Shown here in pieces: positions 1 to 11,005 of a stretch of 64,000 bases of DNA (its first letter is position 1; the number at the start of each line of letters is the position of its first letter). Position numbers and translations under genes: made by a program. This stretch comes from Planctomycetota bacterium. Its GTDB lineage: Bacteria; Planctomycetota; GCA-002687715; CAIWVZ01. Location: contig JBGANV010000008.1 of NCBI GenBank assembly GCA_044222185.1, forward strand, positions 160,001 through 224,000, written 5' to 3'. The notes beneath the pieces are model-generated. The model had not been told where the DNA came from. It searched no databases and saw nothing but the letters and a program-made list of their open reading frames with translations.

Positions 1-76
1 CGCCGTCGTTCGTATGAAACGACACGTGCATGAGCCGACGACGCCGCGAGTGGCGCGGGAGTTTTCGACCGGACAC

Positions 77-105
77 TTCACGAGCGGGGTAGGCTCCTGC
101 ATAAT
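77..105 (+). promoter_or_regulatory. Possible sigma70-type promoter for the ORF at 163
   Basis: TTCACG (77-82), 17-nt spacer, CATAAT (100-105), 57 nt upstream of the ATG at 163. Confidence 0.3.
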
Positions 106-162
106 CGGCGCTCGTCGACGTGCGGATCCACCGCGCGCTGGCACCGCCGAAACGAGCCTGCC

Positions 163-477
163 ATGTGGAGAAACCAGCTCCTCCATCATCTCGCCGACTA
201 CGCGTCGGTGCTCGGCGACTGCCTCGGCAGCTGCGCACGGCCTGAAGACCGGCAGGCATTCCTCCGCGCCCTCGCCTTCGTGGGAATCCTCCTCGGCAAG
301 ATCAACGACGAGGAGCCCTACGCCGAGCTGCGCGAGTGCATCGACGCCGAGGATCGCAAGTTCGGATGGAACCTGCTCTCCCGCGACGATGGCAAGGTCG
401 CCGAAGTCGCGTGGACGAACTTCCGTGACGCGTTCAACGAGTTGTTCGAGCAGGAACGCGCGCTGAAGCGACGGTGA
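163..477 (+). CDS. Hypothetical helical protein (104 aa)
   Basis: ATG-TGA ORF with strong GC3 bias and protein-like composition, unlike the overlapping Arg/Pro-rich shadow ORFs. No family recognised. Confidence 0.7.
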   Translation: MWRNQLLHHLADYASVLGDCLGSCARPEDRQAFLRALAFVGILLGKINDEEPYAELRECIDAEDRKFGWNLLSRDDGKVAEVAWTNFRDAFNELFEQERALKRR

Positions 478-486
478 CCGCGCGGC

Positions 487-2244
487 TCACCGTTCGAGCC
501 GCCCGCCCTTCTCGGCGTCGAAGCGCAGCCCGAACTCGGGCTTTCCAGACGGGCACGAGACGAGCCAGGCGACCTTCACGCTCCCATTGCCAGGGATTCC
601 GCCGTCGAGCAGGAGGCGCTCCGGGTGCTCCTTCACCAGCGCCGTCTTCTCGCGCCGATAAGGCCCGCTCACGGTGCCACCGGAGATCACGCGGCCGTTG
701 CGCATCGAGAACGTGATGCGATCGGGCGTGCCGATCCCCTTCTGGTCGGCGATCGCCGCGCGCGTGGGGATCGATGCGCGATTGCGGATCTCCACCTGGA
801 TGCGCCACAGGCCCGTCGATACTTCCGTGACTTCGGGTGCGTCCCAGTCGATCCGCGGCATCTCTCCCGCATGGTAGAGCGAGAACGCCATGTTGCGGTG
901 ACACAGCTCCTCCAGCATGAACGTGGGCGGGACGCGCGAGGCGTCCTTCTTCCATCCGCCGATCTCGATGTCCCCGTAGAGCGGATGCTTGTACGGTTTC
1001 CACTCGGCGAACCGGGCGCCGAGTTCGACGCGGTCGTCCCATTTCATCCGGGCGAGGTCGTCACGCGCTTCGATGCCGAGGCCGTCGCCGTCCTTGCGTC
1101 CGTAGTACTGCGGCGCGCTCCACAGCTCGTTCGTGATGGAGAAGATCCCGAGCCCCTCGTAGGTCCAGTTCACGAACCCGCCGTGAACCGTGTAGAGATC
1201 CCGCCAGATGATCATGTACCGGTAGAACGGAAGCATCTCCTCGCCGACCTTCCCGATGCGATCGTAGACGGCCGCGTCCGAGCCTGGATAGTCGCCGAAG
1301 GACTGCGCACCCGGTCCGCGAAGGATCATGCCGCCCGCGTTGTGGTACGACTGCACAGCCGCGATGTTCGGGTGCGCGAGGATGAAGTCGGCGATGCAGC
1401 GGCACTCGGGATTCGACAACGGATAGGCGCCCGCGCCGAACTGCACGTGGTCGGGCTGCCAATCGCTGGGCCAGTTGCGGTTCATGTCGTAGCCGCCGGG
1501 CCCGTCCTCGTTGATCTGGCCGTCGCCGTCGTCGTCGATGCCTTCGGATCCAAGCAGGATGTAGTGCCCATCCTCGCCAGGCTTCACGCGCTTCATGATG
1601 CGCGGATCGTCGGGGTCGGGGTTGAACGTGCCCCCGTGGTCGACGCGCTTGCGCATCTGCGTGATCGACCCGTCGCCATCCAGATCGTTCGGCGGGTCCT
1701 CGTCGGCGACGCCGTCCCGATCGTCGTCGATGGGCATCTTGCCCGAACGCGACGAGCTCGACGTGTTGGGATTGTGGAACCAGTAGTCGCGGCCGTCAGG
1801 ATTCTGCGACGGGAGGATGTAGAACGCCTTCGTCGCCAGGAGGTCCTTCACCTTGGCGTTCCGCTCGGAGTTCTCCGTGAGGAACCACAGGGTGTAAAGG
1901 CAGACCTCGCCGCCTTGGATCTCGTTGCCATGCACGTTGGCGTCGACCCACATGGCGGGGCGTCGCTCGATGGGCGTGCCCCCTCGGTTCGCGACGGTGG
2001 CGACCCACATGTCGCGGCCTTCGAAGCTCTTGCCGATGGACTCGAGCGTCACCAGATCGGGCCACGCCTTGGCGATCTTGCGCATCTCGTCGACGAGTTC
2101 CTCGTAGTCGTAGAAGCGGTTGAAGGCGATCTCGACGCGGGGCTTGGGCGTGACGGGATTTTGCGAGCGGACGGCAGGGGCGCCGACGAGGACGAGACAT
2201 GCGACCGCGAGCGCGAGGGTCCGGGACGTCTTCGGGTGATTCAC
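487..2244 (-). CDS. Secreted M14 family zinc carboxypeptidase (catalytic residues intact)
   Basis: GTG start overlaps the upstream stop (GTGA, 2241-2244). Signal peptide ends AVRS|Q. Motifs DANVHGNE (HxxE), DMNRNW, SYHNAGG (third Zn ligand) and ITNELW (catalytic Glu), plus DxDxDG Ca-binding inserts. Confidence 0.9.
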   Translation of the reverse strand: MNHPKTSRTLALAVACLVLVGAPAVRSQNPVTPKPRVEIAFNRFYDYEELVDEMRKIAKAWPDLVTLESIGKSFEGRDMWVATVANRGGTPIERRPAMWVDANVHGNEIQGGEVCLYTLWFLTENSERNAKVKDLLATKAFYILPSQNPDGRDYWFHNPNTSSSSRSGKMPIDDDRDGVADEDPPNDLDGDGSITQMRKRVDHGGTFNPDPDDPRIMKRVKPGEDGHYILLGSEGIDDDGDGQINEDGPGGYDMNRNWPSDWQPDHVQFGAGAYPLSNPECRCIADFILAHPNIAAVQSYHNAGGMILRGPGAQSFGDYPGSDAAVYDRIGKVGEEMLPFYRYMIIWRDLYTVHGGFVNWTYEGLGIFSITNELWSAPQYYGRKDGDGLGIEARDDLARMKWDDRVELGARFAEWKPYKHPLYGDIEIGGWKKDASRVPPTFMLEELCHRNMAFSLYHAGEMPRIDWDAPEVTEVSTGLWRIQVEIRNRASIPTRAAIADQKGIGTPDRITFSMRNGRVISGGTVSGPYRREKTALVKEHPERLLLDGGIPGNGSVKVAWLVSCPSGKPEFGLRFDAEKGGRLER

Positions 2245-3899
2245 TTGGGATCCTCCGCCGCGACGAGCGTCGCTTGCGCCGCGCCAGCCTTCTCCGACCA
2301 AAGGGCGATGCGAATCTCCTCGCCCGCGCGAGCGCGCACGACCCAACGCAGCTTGCGACCGCCGCCCGAACCCGCAAGCGGCTCGAGCATGGTCCGCGGA
2401 TCGCCGGCCTCGAATCGATCCGGCGGCAGATCGAGGGTCAAGCGCGAAGGCAGCACCGTCCGGGTCCGCGTCGCGATGCGAAAGACCGTGGGCCATCGCC
2501 CGTCGTTGCGCACGACGACCGTGACTTCGTGCAATCCGGCTCCCAGCGCGCGGATCTTGGGCTCGAGGAGCACGACGCGGGGGAACTGCGCGGCGAGATC
2601 CAGGATGAACGACGCGTGTCGCTTCGCCAGGTCGTCCAACCGATCGGCCGTGGGGTTCACGTCCGAGAGCGGCACGAATCCCCCGATCTCCACGTCGCCG
2701 AGGGTTGGATGCTTGAACGGCTTCCACGCCACGAACCCCTTGCCCGACAGGCGCACGTCCGAATCGACGAGGCGGCGCGTCTCGTCCGACTCGGGTTTCT
2801 TGCCGCTGGGGAGCGAGGCCGCCTGCTCGGGCTTCGGCGCCTCGAACACCTTGGCGGCGAAGGCGGGCACTCCGAACTGGAAGTAGGCCCACTGGTGGAG
2901 CGCGCCGTCGGGTTTGTCGTCCTGCTTCTTCTCGAAGCCCAAAAGCTTCTTGAACGACGCGGACGCCTCTTCGAACACGGGGCGATCGTCTTCCTCGATT
3001 CCGTTCGGCACTTGACCGCCGCCCTTCGCGGCGGGCGGGGTCTCGACGAGGTTGTCGCGATGACCGAGCACCAGCACGGCGACGATCTCGTGATGGTCGA
3101 GCACGTGGCGGATCAGCGCGCGCGTCTCCGGCTCGGAGATGGGCGTGATGCCGGCCGCGCGATCGAACTCCTTCCAGCCGTGGGGGAAGTTGCGATCGAA
3201 GTCCACACCGCCGGGGCCGTCTTCGTTGAGGACGCCGTCGCCGTCGTCATCCTGGCCTTCGCTCTCGAGGCGGAACTCGCCGATCTCGCCTTTCTTGCGG
3301 TCGGCGCGCACGAGGAGGCGCGGATCGTCCGGCGACGTGCGCCACTCGCCCAGCGGGTCGCGCACGCGCATCTGCGTGATGATGCCGTCGCCATCCAGGT
3401 CGTCCGGGCCATCTTCGTCCGTCACGCCGTCGCGGTCGTCGTCCACGGGGCGGAGGTTCCCGCGGCGCTCGCGCAACGAGCCCTTCGCGGCTTCCGTCAC
3501 GGCGTCGACGGCGACGCACGGGATCACCTCGATGGCGACACGGGTGAGCAACTCCTTCAGCTTCGCGTCCGTCGATGCGTGATCGAGGAATGCTGCCGGA
3601 AGCCGTGACGCGACGAGCATGGAGCCTGCCGCGTCCGGGTTCAGCCCCGCGACGACGAGCAGACGGGGACGCTTCTGCGGCTCGACGGCCCCCGGGAGCG
3701 CGACGAGCACCGAGCGCAGCGGCGTGCCGGCTGCGGACTTGCCGAATTCACCGATCCGCACGTCGGTCGATGGCCGCGTCTCCGCCGAAGCGAAGAGGCG
3801 GGACGGTTCGACGTCTCGCGGTGTCACCTGCGCGCGCAGGCATCCGATCAGAGAGAGGACGACGAGCCCCACGCGCACCGGGCCGATGATTCGCTGCAT
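2241..3899 (-). CDS. M14 carboxypeptidase-like paralog with degenerate active site
   Basis: Colinear with the downstream M14 protein (DDDRDGVTDED, DFDRNFP, WKPFKHPTLGDVEIGG). HxxE is replaced by AGLNPDA, and the third His and catalytic Glu positions are not conserved. GGGAG RBS precedes the ATG at 3899. Confidence 0.85.
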   Translation of the reverse strand: MQRIIGPVRVGLVVLSLIGCLRAQVTPRDVEPSRLFASAETRPSTDVRIGEFGKSAAGTPLRSVLVALPGAVEPQKRPRLLVVAGLNPDAAGSMLVASRLPAAFLDHASTDAKLKELLTRVAIEVIPCVAVDAVTEAAKGSLRERRGNLRPVDDDRDGVTDEDGPDDLDGDGIITQMRVRDPLGEWRTSPDDPRLLVRADRKKGEIGEFRLESEGQDDDGDGVLNEDGPGGVDFDRNFPHGWKEFDRAAGITPISEPETRALIRHVLDHHEIVAVLVLGHRDNLVETPPAAKGGGQVPNGIEEDDRPVFEEASASFKKLLGFEKKQDDKPDGALHQWAYFQFGVPAFAAKVFEAPKPEQAASLPSGKKPESDETRRLVDSDVRLSGKGFVAWKPFKHPTLGDVEIGGFVPLSDVNPTADRLDDLAKRHASFILDLAAQFPRVVLLEPKIRALGAGLHEVTVVVRNDGRWPTVFRIATRTRTVLPSRLTLDLPPDRFEAGDPRTMLEPLAGSGGGRKLRWVVRARAGEEIRIALWSEKAGAAQATLVAAEDPK

Positions 3900-3984
3900 G
3901 CTCACTCCCGCGCCCGTGGTGGGCGCGAACGGGCGGGAGTGTACCAGCGAGCCGAACGCGCGCGCCGACTTCCGCGCGCGCCGA

Positions 3985-5085
3985 TCAGGTACCCGTCGCT
4001 CCGGCCCTGGGGATGAGGTGGACGGCCGAGGCCTTCACGGCAGCGGTGATCGATGCGCCGACGGCGATTTCCAGATCCTCGATCGCCTGCCGCGTGACGA
4101 GGGCCGCGAGCGGCACGCCGCAGTCCACGTCGACACGGAAAAGCGGCCCCTCAGCCGTCACGGCCGTCACGCGACCACCGAAGGTGTTGCGTGCGCTCGT
4201 GGGCGCGACCCCGCGCGCCAGCGTCACCGCATCGGCTCGGATGCAGACGTGCACGTCTTTCGTCGCCACGTCGGGGGCGGCCGCGAGGAATCGGACGTCG
4301 GCGGCGCGCACGCCCGCCAGTCCGTCGACGACCTCTTCGATGTGACCTGCGAGCACCGTTTCCGTGCCGACGATCCGCGCGACGGAGACGTGGGAGGGGC
4401 GCGAGAACACGTCTTCCACCGATCCGCTCTGGACGACGCGCCCATCCGCGATCACGGCAATCGCGTCGCCGAGGGCGATGGCGTCGGTCGGATCGTGCGT
4501 GACGAGGATCGACGGGATTCCGAACGCCGCCAGTTGCCGGCGCAGCTCGGAACGGGCCGATTGCCGGGCCACGCCGTCGAGCGCCGAGAGCGGCTCGTCC
4601 AGCAGCAACATGCGCGGACGCCGCGCCACCGCGCGCGCGAGAGCGACACGCTGCTGCTGGCCGCCGGAGAGTTCCCGCGGGAGGCGCCGCTCCAGGCCCT
4701 CGAGACCGAAGGCGCCGAGGAGCTCATCGAGACGCGCGCGTCGTTCCGCGGCGGGACGGTCGCGGAGTCCGAAGGCGATGTTGTCCGCCGCGCCGAGATG
4801 CGGAAACAGCGCGTAATCCTGGAACGACATGCCGACGTCACGGGCCTGAGGCGGTTGGTGAATTCCCGCGGACGCGTCGGCCCAGACCACTCCGTCGACG
4901 ACGATCCGCCCCGACTCGATGCGCTCGAGGCCGGCCATCGCTCGAAGGATGGTCGACTTCCCGCCGCCCGAGGGTCCAAACAAGACGGTGCTGTGCGCGG
5001 CCCCCATGGGCCCGCTGAGCGCTGCGGTGATCTGCGGTCCGCGTGGCCAGCGAACCGCGAGATCAGCCTCCCAAGCGGCGCTCAT
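3985..5085 (-). CDS. modC: Molybdate ABC transporter ATP-binding protein with TOBE domains
   Basis: Walker A GPSGGGKST, FQDYALFPHL, LSGGQQQRVALARA and LLLDEPLSALD, with a C-terminal TOBE (SARNTF...AAVKASAVHL). ATGA overlap with the modB stop. Confidence 0.92.
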   Translation of the reverse strand: MSAAWEADLAVRWPRGPQITAALSGPMGAAHSTVLFGPSGGGKSTILRAMAGLERIESGRIVVDGVVWADASAGIHQPPQARDVGMSFQDYALFPHLGAADNIAFGLRDRPAAERRARLDELLGAFGLEGLERRLPRELSGGQQQRVALARAVARRPRMLLLDEPLSALDGVARQSARSELRRQLAAFGIPSILVTHDPTDAIALGDAIAVIADGRVVQSGSVEDVFSRPSHVSVARIVGTETVLAGHIEEVVDGLAGVRAADVRFLAAAPDVATKDVHVCIRADAVTLARGVAPTSARNTFGGRVTAVTAEGPLFRVDVDCGVPLAALVTRQAIEDLEIAVGASITAAVKASAVHLIPRAGATGT

Positions 5086-5726
5086 CGTCGCCTCCGTCGC
5101 GTCGCGATCTGAACGACGAACAGGCTCGCGATGGCGAACGCGACGAGTACCGCTGCAGACCGGCCGGCGGCGGCGTAGTCGAGGGCCTGCACGTCGTCGT
5201 AGATCGCGATCGACAGCGTCCGCGTGGCGCCGGGCACGGAGCCGCCGAGCATCAGCACGACGCCGAACTCGCCGAGCGCATGGGCGAAGGCGAGGGTCGC
5301 GCCGGCGACGAGGCCGGAACCGGCGAGCGGCATGACGACGCGGCGCAGCGTCGATGTCCGCGACACGCCCAGACACCACGCCGCCTCCACGAGCCGGCGG
5401 TCGACGCCGTCGAACGCGGCCGTCCACGTGCGGACGGCGACGGGGAGATTGGCGATGACGGATCCCACGAGCACGCCGGTGAACGTGAACGGCAGGCGGC
5501 CGAACGCGCGCCCGATCGCCCCATCCGGCGCGAGGAGCAGGAGGAGGTAGAACCCGACGACCGTCGGCGGCAGGACGAGCGGGAGCGACACGATCGCCTC
5601 GATGACGTCGCGCCAGCGCGAGCGCATGCATGCGAGCGCGTACGCGAGCGGGCCCGCGACGATGGCCAGAACCGCGACCGTCGCGACGGCGAGCTTCAAC
5701 GAGACGGCGAGTGCGGTCCAGTCCAT
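5082..5726 (-). CDS. modB: Molybdate ABC transporter permease
   Basis: SLPLVLPPTVVGFYLL, EAA loop (LVEAAWCLG) and FAHALGEFGVVLMLGGSVPGATRTLSIAIYD. Lies between modA and modC. Confidence 0.93.
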   Translation of the reverse strand: MDWTALAVSLKLAVATVAVLAIVAGPLAYALACMRSRWRDVIEAIVSLPLVLPPTVVGFYLLLLLAPDGAIGRAFGRLPFTFTGVLVGSVIANLPVAVRTWTAAFDGVDRRLVEAAWCLGVSRTSTLRRVVMPLAGSGLVAGATLAFAHALGEFGVVLMLGGSVPGATRTLSIAIYDDVQALDYAAAGRSAAVLVAFAIASLFVVQIATRRRRR

Positions 5727-5731
5727 GGTCG

Positions 5732-6565
5732 TCAGTCCGGCGCGTGCTCGAATCCGAAGCGCAAGAGGACGGTGCGAGCGGCGGCGGACCGAAGGAATTG
5801 GACGAAGGTGGCTGCGGCGCTGCGGTCCGTCGCGTCCTTCAGGATGCAACCTCCCTGGACGATGGGCGGGTGCAGTTCCGCGGGGACGAGGACGCTCCGG
5901 CCCGCGGCGACCATCGTCGGCGCAAGCCCGAGCGAGTACGCGATGAGGCCCACGTCCGCCGCGCCGCTCTCGATGAACTGGGCCGCTTGCGCCACGTTGT
6001 CGCCGAGGACGAGGCGCGGCGCGACCGCGTCGTGGAGTCCGCGGGCCTTCAGAGCGGCGATGGCCGCTCGGCCGTAAGGAGCGTGCGCGGGGTTGGCGAT
6101 GGCGACGTGCGCGACCGTCGGATCCGTGAGCACGCTCAGACCGCGGCTCGCCAGGTCGAGGGTCGAAGTCTTGCGCGTCCACAGGGCGAGACGTCCGACG
6201 GCGTAGGTGAAGACGGAACGGGGCTCGGCTCGACCGCGTGCAGCCAGCGCTTCCGGATACGAGACGTCGGCGGACAGGAAGACGTCGAAGGGCGCCGACT
6301 GCGCCAACTGCGTCGCGAAGGCTCCCGAGGACCCGAACGTGGGCACGAGTTCGATGTCGCGGTGCTCGGCCGCGAACGCGGCGATGAGCTCCGGGAACGC
6401 GAATCGCAGATCCGCCGCCGCCGCCACGCGGACCGATCGCACCGCCTTCGGCGCATCCGCCGGGCCGCAGCCGACGAGGAGCGCCGAGAGACAGAGGATC
6501 CCGATCGACCGGTTCACGCTCCGGCGCGGATGCGGGCACGAGCCTCGTTCGTGGCGTGACGACAT
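5732..6565 (-). CDS. modA: Molybdate ABC transporter substrate-binding lipoprotein
   Basis: VAAAADLRFAF, FGSSG, APFDVFLSAD, IANPAHAPYGRAA and GDNVAQAAQF, with lipobox LVG|C. The start is either ATG 6565 or GTG 6517. Confidence 0.9.
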   Translation of the reverse strand: MSSRHERGSCPHPRRSVNRSIGILCLSALLVGCGPADAPKAVRSVRVAAAADLRFAFPELIAAFAAEHRDIELVPTFGSSGAFATQLAQSAPFDVFLSADVSYPEALAARGRAEPRSVFTYAVGRLALWTRKTSTLDLASRGLSVLTDPTVAHVAIANPAHAPYGRAAIAALKARGLHDAVAPRLVLGDNVAQAAQFIESGAADVGLIAYSLGLAPTMVAAGRSVLVPAELHPPIVQGGCILKDATDRSAAATFVQFLRSAAARTVLLRFGFEHAPD

Positions 6566-6656
6566 GATGCCGACGGTACTCCACGAGGCCGAAGCCTTCG
6601 ACCTCGGCAAGGAAAGGTTGCTCGGCGGCCGGTGGCCGTCGAGGTAACCTGCCGCC

Positions 6657-7022
6657 ATGCCGACACTCATCGAGAAGGCCACGCGCATCACGGCCGCGGG
6701 CAACAAGCCGAAGCTCATCGACGAATACGTGGGCCGAGTGAACTCGAAGACCGCCGACGTGAGCGTCGCGCACATGCGCTCGCCGGGCGGTTGGGTCGAG
6801 CCAGGCCAACGCCCCGAGTTCGACGAGTACACGCTCGTGCTGAAGGGCGCGCTGCAAGTCGACTTCGAAGGCGGCTCGCTGACGGTCCGGCCCGGGCAAG
6901 CCGTCATCACTCACCGCGGCGAGTGGGTTCGCTACTCGACGCCGGAGGCCGACGGCGCCGAGTACGTCGCCATTTGCCTGCCGGCGTTCGCGCCGTCGAC
7001 CGTGCACCGCGATCCGGCGTAG
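6657..7022 (+). CDS. Cupin domain protein (EutQ-like)
   Basis: KPKLIDEYVGRVNS, GWVEPGQRPEFDEYTLVLKG and GEWVRYSTP match a small cupin beta-barrel pattern. Confidence 0.85.
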   Translation: MPTLIEKATRITAAGNKPKLIDEYVGRVNSKTADVSVAHMRSPGGWVEPGQRPEFDEYTLVLKGALQVDFEGGSLTVRPGQAVITHRGEWVRYSTPEADGAEYVAICLPAFAPSTVHRDPA

Positions 7023-7027
7023 TCGGC

Positions 7028-7260
7028 GCGGAGCGCCGCACGACCCGAGCGTTCGCGAGGGCGTGCGGCAGGACCGCCGGACGACCGAGGCGCAGCCGAG
7101 GCGTCCGGTCCGGCCGACGTCGATGCGCTGACAGGCTCCCGATCATCATGCCGGCATCAGTGATCTCGCACCGGGCCCAGTTCCACGCCAGTTGGCCCGC
7201 GCGGGACGCGCGGCGATCCCGCCAGTCCCCGCCGAGACGGCGGTGGACTGGGCGCTCCGC
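7028..7260. repeat. Structured intergenic repeat (REP/MITE-like), copy 1
   Basis: Bounded by the inverted repeat GCGGAGCGCC (7028-7037) / GGCGCTCCGC (7251-7260), with internal hairpins. Nearly identical to 7322-7533 over the first ~150 bp. Confidence 0.85.
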
Positions 7261-7321
7261 GAAACCCCGACGAAGCGCGGCGTCGCAAACTCTCGTCTCT
7301 CCCGCCTCTCTCTCGAGCGAA

Positions 7322-7533
7322 GCGGAGCGCCGCACGACCCGAGCGTTCGCGAGGGCATGCGGCAGGACCGCCGGACGACCGAGGCGCAGCCGAGGCGTCC
7401 GGTCCGGCCGACGTCGATGCGCTGACAGGCTCCCGATCATCATGCCGGCATCAGTGATCTCGCACCGGGCCCCATCCCACCCCCATCGGCCCGCGTGAGC
7501 CGCGCCGCGATCCCGCCAGTCCCCGCCGAGACG
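7322..7533. repeat. Structured intergenic repeat, copy 2 (offset 294 bp from copy 1)
   Basis: Direct repeat of 7028-7239. Confidence 0.85.
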
Positions 7534-7656
7534 CCACGACGGTCGATCGGGACCTCGTCGATCGGCATCGCATCGCGTGCGACGGAGGGAGCAACCTGAA
7601 TCGGCGCAGCTCGCGGCTCGATCCCCACGGGGCTTGCCGACCCCGCCATCGAGCGA

Positions 7657-8742
7657 TCAGACCGCCTTGGTCCTTCGCGCGGGCATCGTGCGCCCGACCT
7701 CCGCGCTGAGGTTCGCGGCGCGCATCGTCCAGGCGGCGAGCTTGCCGTCCTTGTCGAGGAGAAGGTGCAGCGGACCCTCGGCCAGACCGAAGCGTGCCCG
7801 CGGGATCGACTTCTCGAAGCCACCGTCGTCGACGATGACCGGCCAGACGTAGCCCCGTGCCGTGAGACCCGCGCGCGCCACGGCGGCGTCCGCTGATCCG
7901 TCGATGGTCACGACGGTGACCAGCGATAGTCCCTGAGGTGCCCAACGTTCGACGAGCCCGTGGAGCGCGGCGGTCTCGCGCCGGTCCGTATCGGAAACGT
8001 AGTCGCCGACGTTCGATTCGAACGTGATGATCCAAGGCCGACCCTGGGGCGTGAGGGGCTGCCCCACGGCGGGATCGGCGGCAGCACCTGGAGATGGCAA
8101 GTCGAACTTGGTCCCGACGGCATCACAGAGCCGACGCAATCGCGTGGCCTCGCGGGAGATCTCGCGGGAGCGCTTCGCGATCGGCTCGAGAAGGTCGAGC
8201 CACGCCTTCTGGCGCGCCGATGACGCCGTGGCGTATTTCACGAGGCGCAGGATCGCTCCTTCGACCTCGAAGTCCCGCGGCGCGACCGAGAACGATGCGC
8301 GAACGATCGCCTCGCGCTCATCGAGGGGAGCCGTGAGCACGGTCGTCGCCGCCAGCGCCCGCGCGCCTGCCGCAGCCGCCTGGAGATCGGAACCCGACGT
8401 CGCATCCACGGCCGCGGTCTCGACGAAGACCGGCGCCGCGTCTTTCTGGACGGTGCAGAACAGCGTCCACCGTCGTCGCATCACCTCCGCGATGCGTTCA
8501 TGACGCGGCGCCACCTGCATTAGCTCCTGCGCGAGACGTTGCTGGCTCTCAGCGGCCTCACGGACCTGTCGGTCGAACCGTGCCAGGGACTCCGCATCCG
8601 TGCCGTCGGACATCGACGGGAAGACGACGGCGTCGTAGTCGCGCAGGATTGCCGTCGCGTCGCGCACCTGCGCCGGGAGGCAAACCCCGCAAACGGCGAA
8701 CACACACGCGAACACACCGAGGCGCAAGACGGCGAGGTGCAT
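7657..8742 (-). CDS. Secreted protein with C-terminal TlpA/thioredoxin-like fold lacking CXXC
   Basis: Signal peptide ends LPA|Q, followed by a helical N-terminal part. The C-terminus (GRPWIITF...GLSLVTVVTID...WPVIVD...FGL..GPLHLLLDKDGKL) follows the TlpA pattern, but no Cys occurs at the CXXC position. Confidence 0.7.
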   Translation of the reverse strand: MHLAVLRLGVFACVFAVCGVCLPAQVRDATAILRDYDAVVFPSMSDGTDAESLARFDRQVREAAESQQRLAQELMQVAPRHERIAEVMRRRWTLFCTVQKDAAPVFVETAAVDATSGSDLQAAAAGARALAATTVLTAPLDEREAIVRASFSVAPRDFEVEGAILRLVKYATASSARQKAWLDLLEPIAKRSREISREATRLRRLCDAVGTKFDLPSPGAAADPAVGQPLTPQGRPWIITFESNVGDYVSDTDRRETAALHGLVERWAPQGLSLVTVVTIDGSADAAVARAGLTARGYVWPVIVDDGGFEKSIPRARFGLAEGPLHLLLDKDGKLAAWTMRAANLSAEVGRTMPARRTKAV

Positions 8743-8798
8743 GGCGCGAGCCTACCACGGCGAGTGTAGGCCGGCGGGCCTGGGCCAGACGGCGAGCC

Positions 8799-8967
8799 CG
8801 ATGCCGGTCCGCGCCAGCTCGTCCCGAAGGACGTCGGTGAGGTCGAAGAGCTTGCGCTCGCGGAGCAAGCGGCGGATGTCGTGGACGACCTGCATGACGG
8901 GGCCGCGATTGCCGGCGGTCGCCTTCTTCGCGTCCGTCCCGTCGGGCAACACGCCGAGCACATCGCC
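8799..8967 (-). pseudogene. Duplicated or displaced 3' fragment of cysS
   Basis: Ungapped 169-bp match to cysS 9574-9742 with 26 mismatches by hand count. It encodes GDVLGVLPDGTDAKKATAGNRGPVMQVVHDIRRLLRERKLFDLTDVLRDELARTGI. Confidence 0.85.
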
Positions 8968-9220
8968 ACCGGCCAGCGACCCGTCCACGCGGATGTCCTC
9001 ATCACCTCCCGGCCACGAGATGCCGATCCCCCGCCCAATCAACCGCCAACGCGAACGGACCGCCTTCGTCGCGTTCACCGGTTGCGGAACCGAGACGAGG
9101 GGCGCGGCGACAGGCCTGACGTCCGAGCACCGGGCTCTCTTTGCGCGCGCCCGCTGACGGTCCCACCGCGAGCCGGCGTGATCGTCGTTCGCGAAAACGC
9201 GGGCGATCGCGACATCGCAA
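8968..9220 (-). pseudogene. Degenerate DUF2442-like gene remnant
   Basis: APLVSVPQPVNATKAVRSRWRLIGRGIGISWPGGDEDIRVDGSLAG resembles the DUF2442 consensus (PL.W.PRL..AT...R..W.LIG.G.GIHWP.LDEDISV.GLL.G). The N-terminal part is scrambled and has no clean start. Confidence 0.6.
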
Positions 9221-9243
9221 GTCCTCGCACCTCGCAAGTGCGA

Positions 9244-9472
9244 CGGAGCGCCGCACGACCCGAGCGTCAGCGAGGGCGTGCGGCAGGACCGCCGGTCGAC
9301 CGCAGCGAAGCGAGGACGACCGGTCCGGCCGATCTCGACGCGCTGACAGACTCTCGATGATCACGCAGCCATCAGTGATCTCGCACCCGGCCCCATTCCA
9401 CGCCCGTCGGACCGCGCGAGACGCGCGGCGATCCCGCCGGTCCCCGCCGAGACGGCGGAGGACTGGCGCTCC
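9244..9472. repeat. Structured intergenic repeat, copy 3
   Basis: Runs CGGAGCGCC...GGCGCTCC with the same module order as copy 1, at lower identity. Confidence 0.8.
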
Positions 9473-9529
9473 TACGCGCCGCTCGATCGCAGCCGGCGCA
9501 CGGTTCGACCGGAAGCGTTCACGAGATCC

Positions 9530-11004
<1,475 letters not shown>

Positions 11005-11005
<1 letters not shown>

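Noticed and set aside
1-31. Possible minus-strand gene start (MHVSFHTNDG) running off the left edge
   Set aside because: Only 10 codons are visible, which is not enough support.
7028-7533. Tandem repeat as a possible CRISPR array
   Set aside because: The units are ~210-230 bp, there are only two in tandem, there is no repeat-spacer periodicity and no cas genes are present.
8752-9237. 161-aa ORF as a functional DUF2442-CysRS fusion protein
   Set aside because: The start lies at the edge of a repeat, conserved DUF2442 residues are degraded and the cysS part is truncated. It is treated as a scar.
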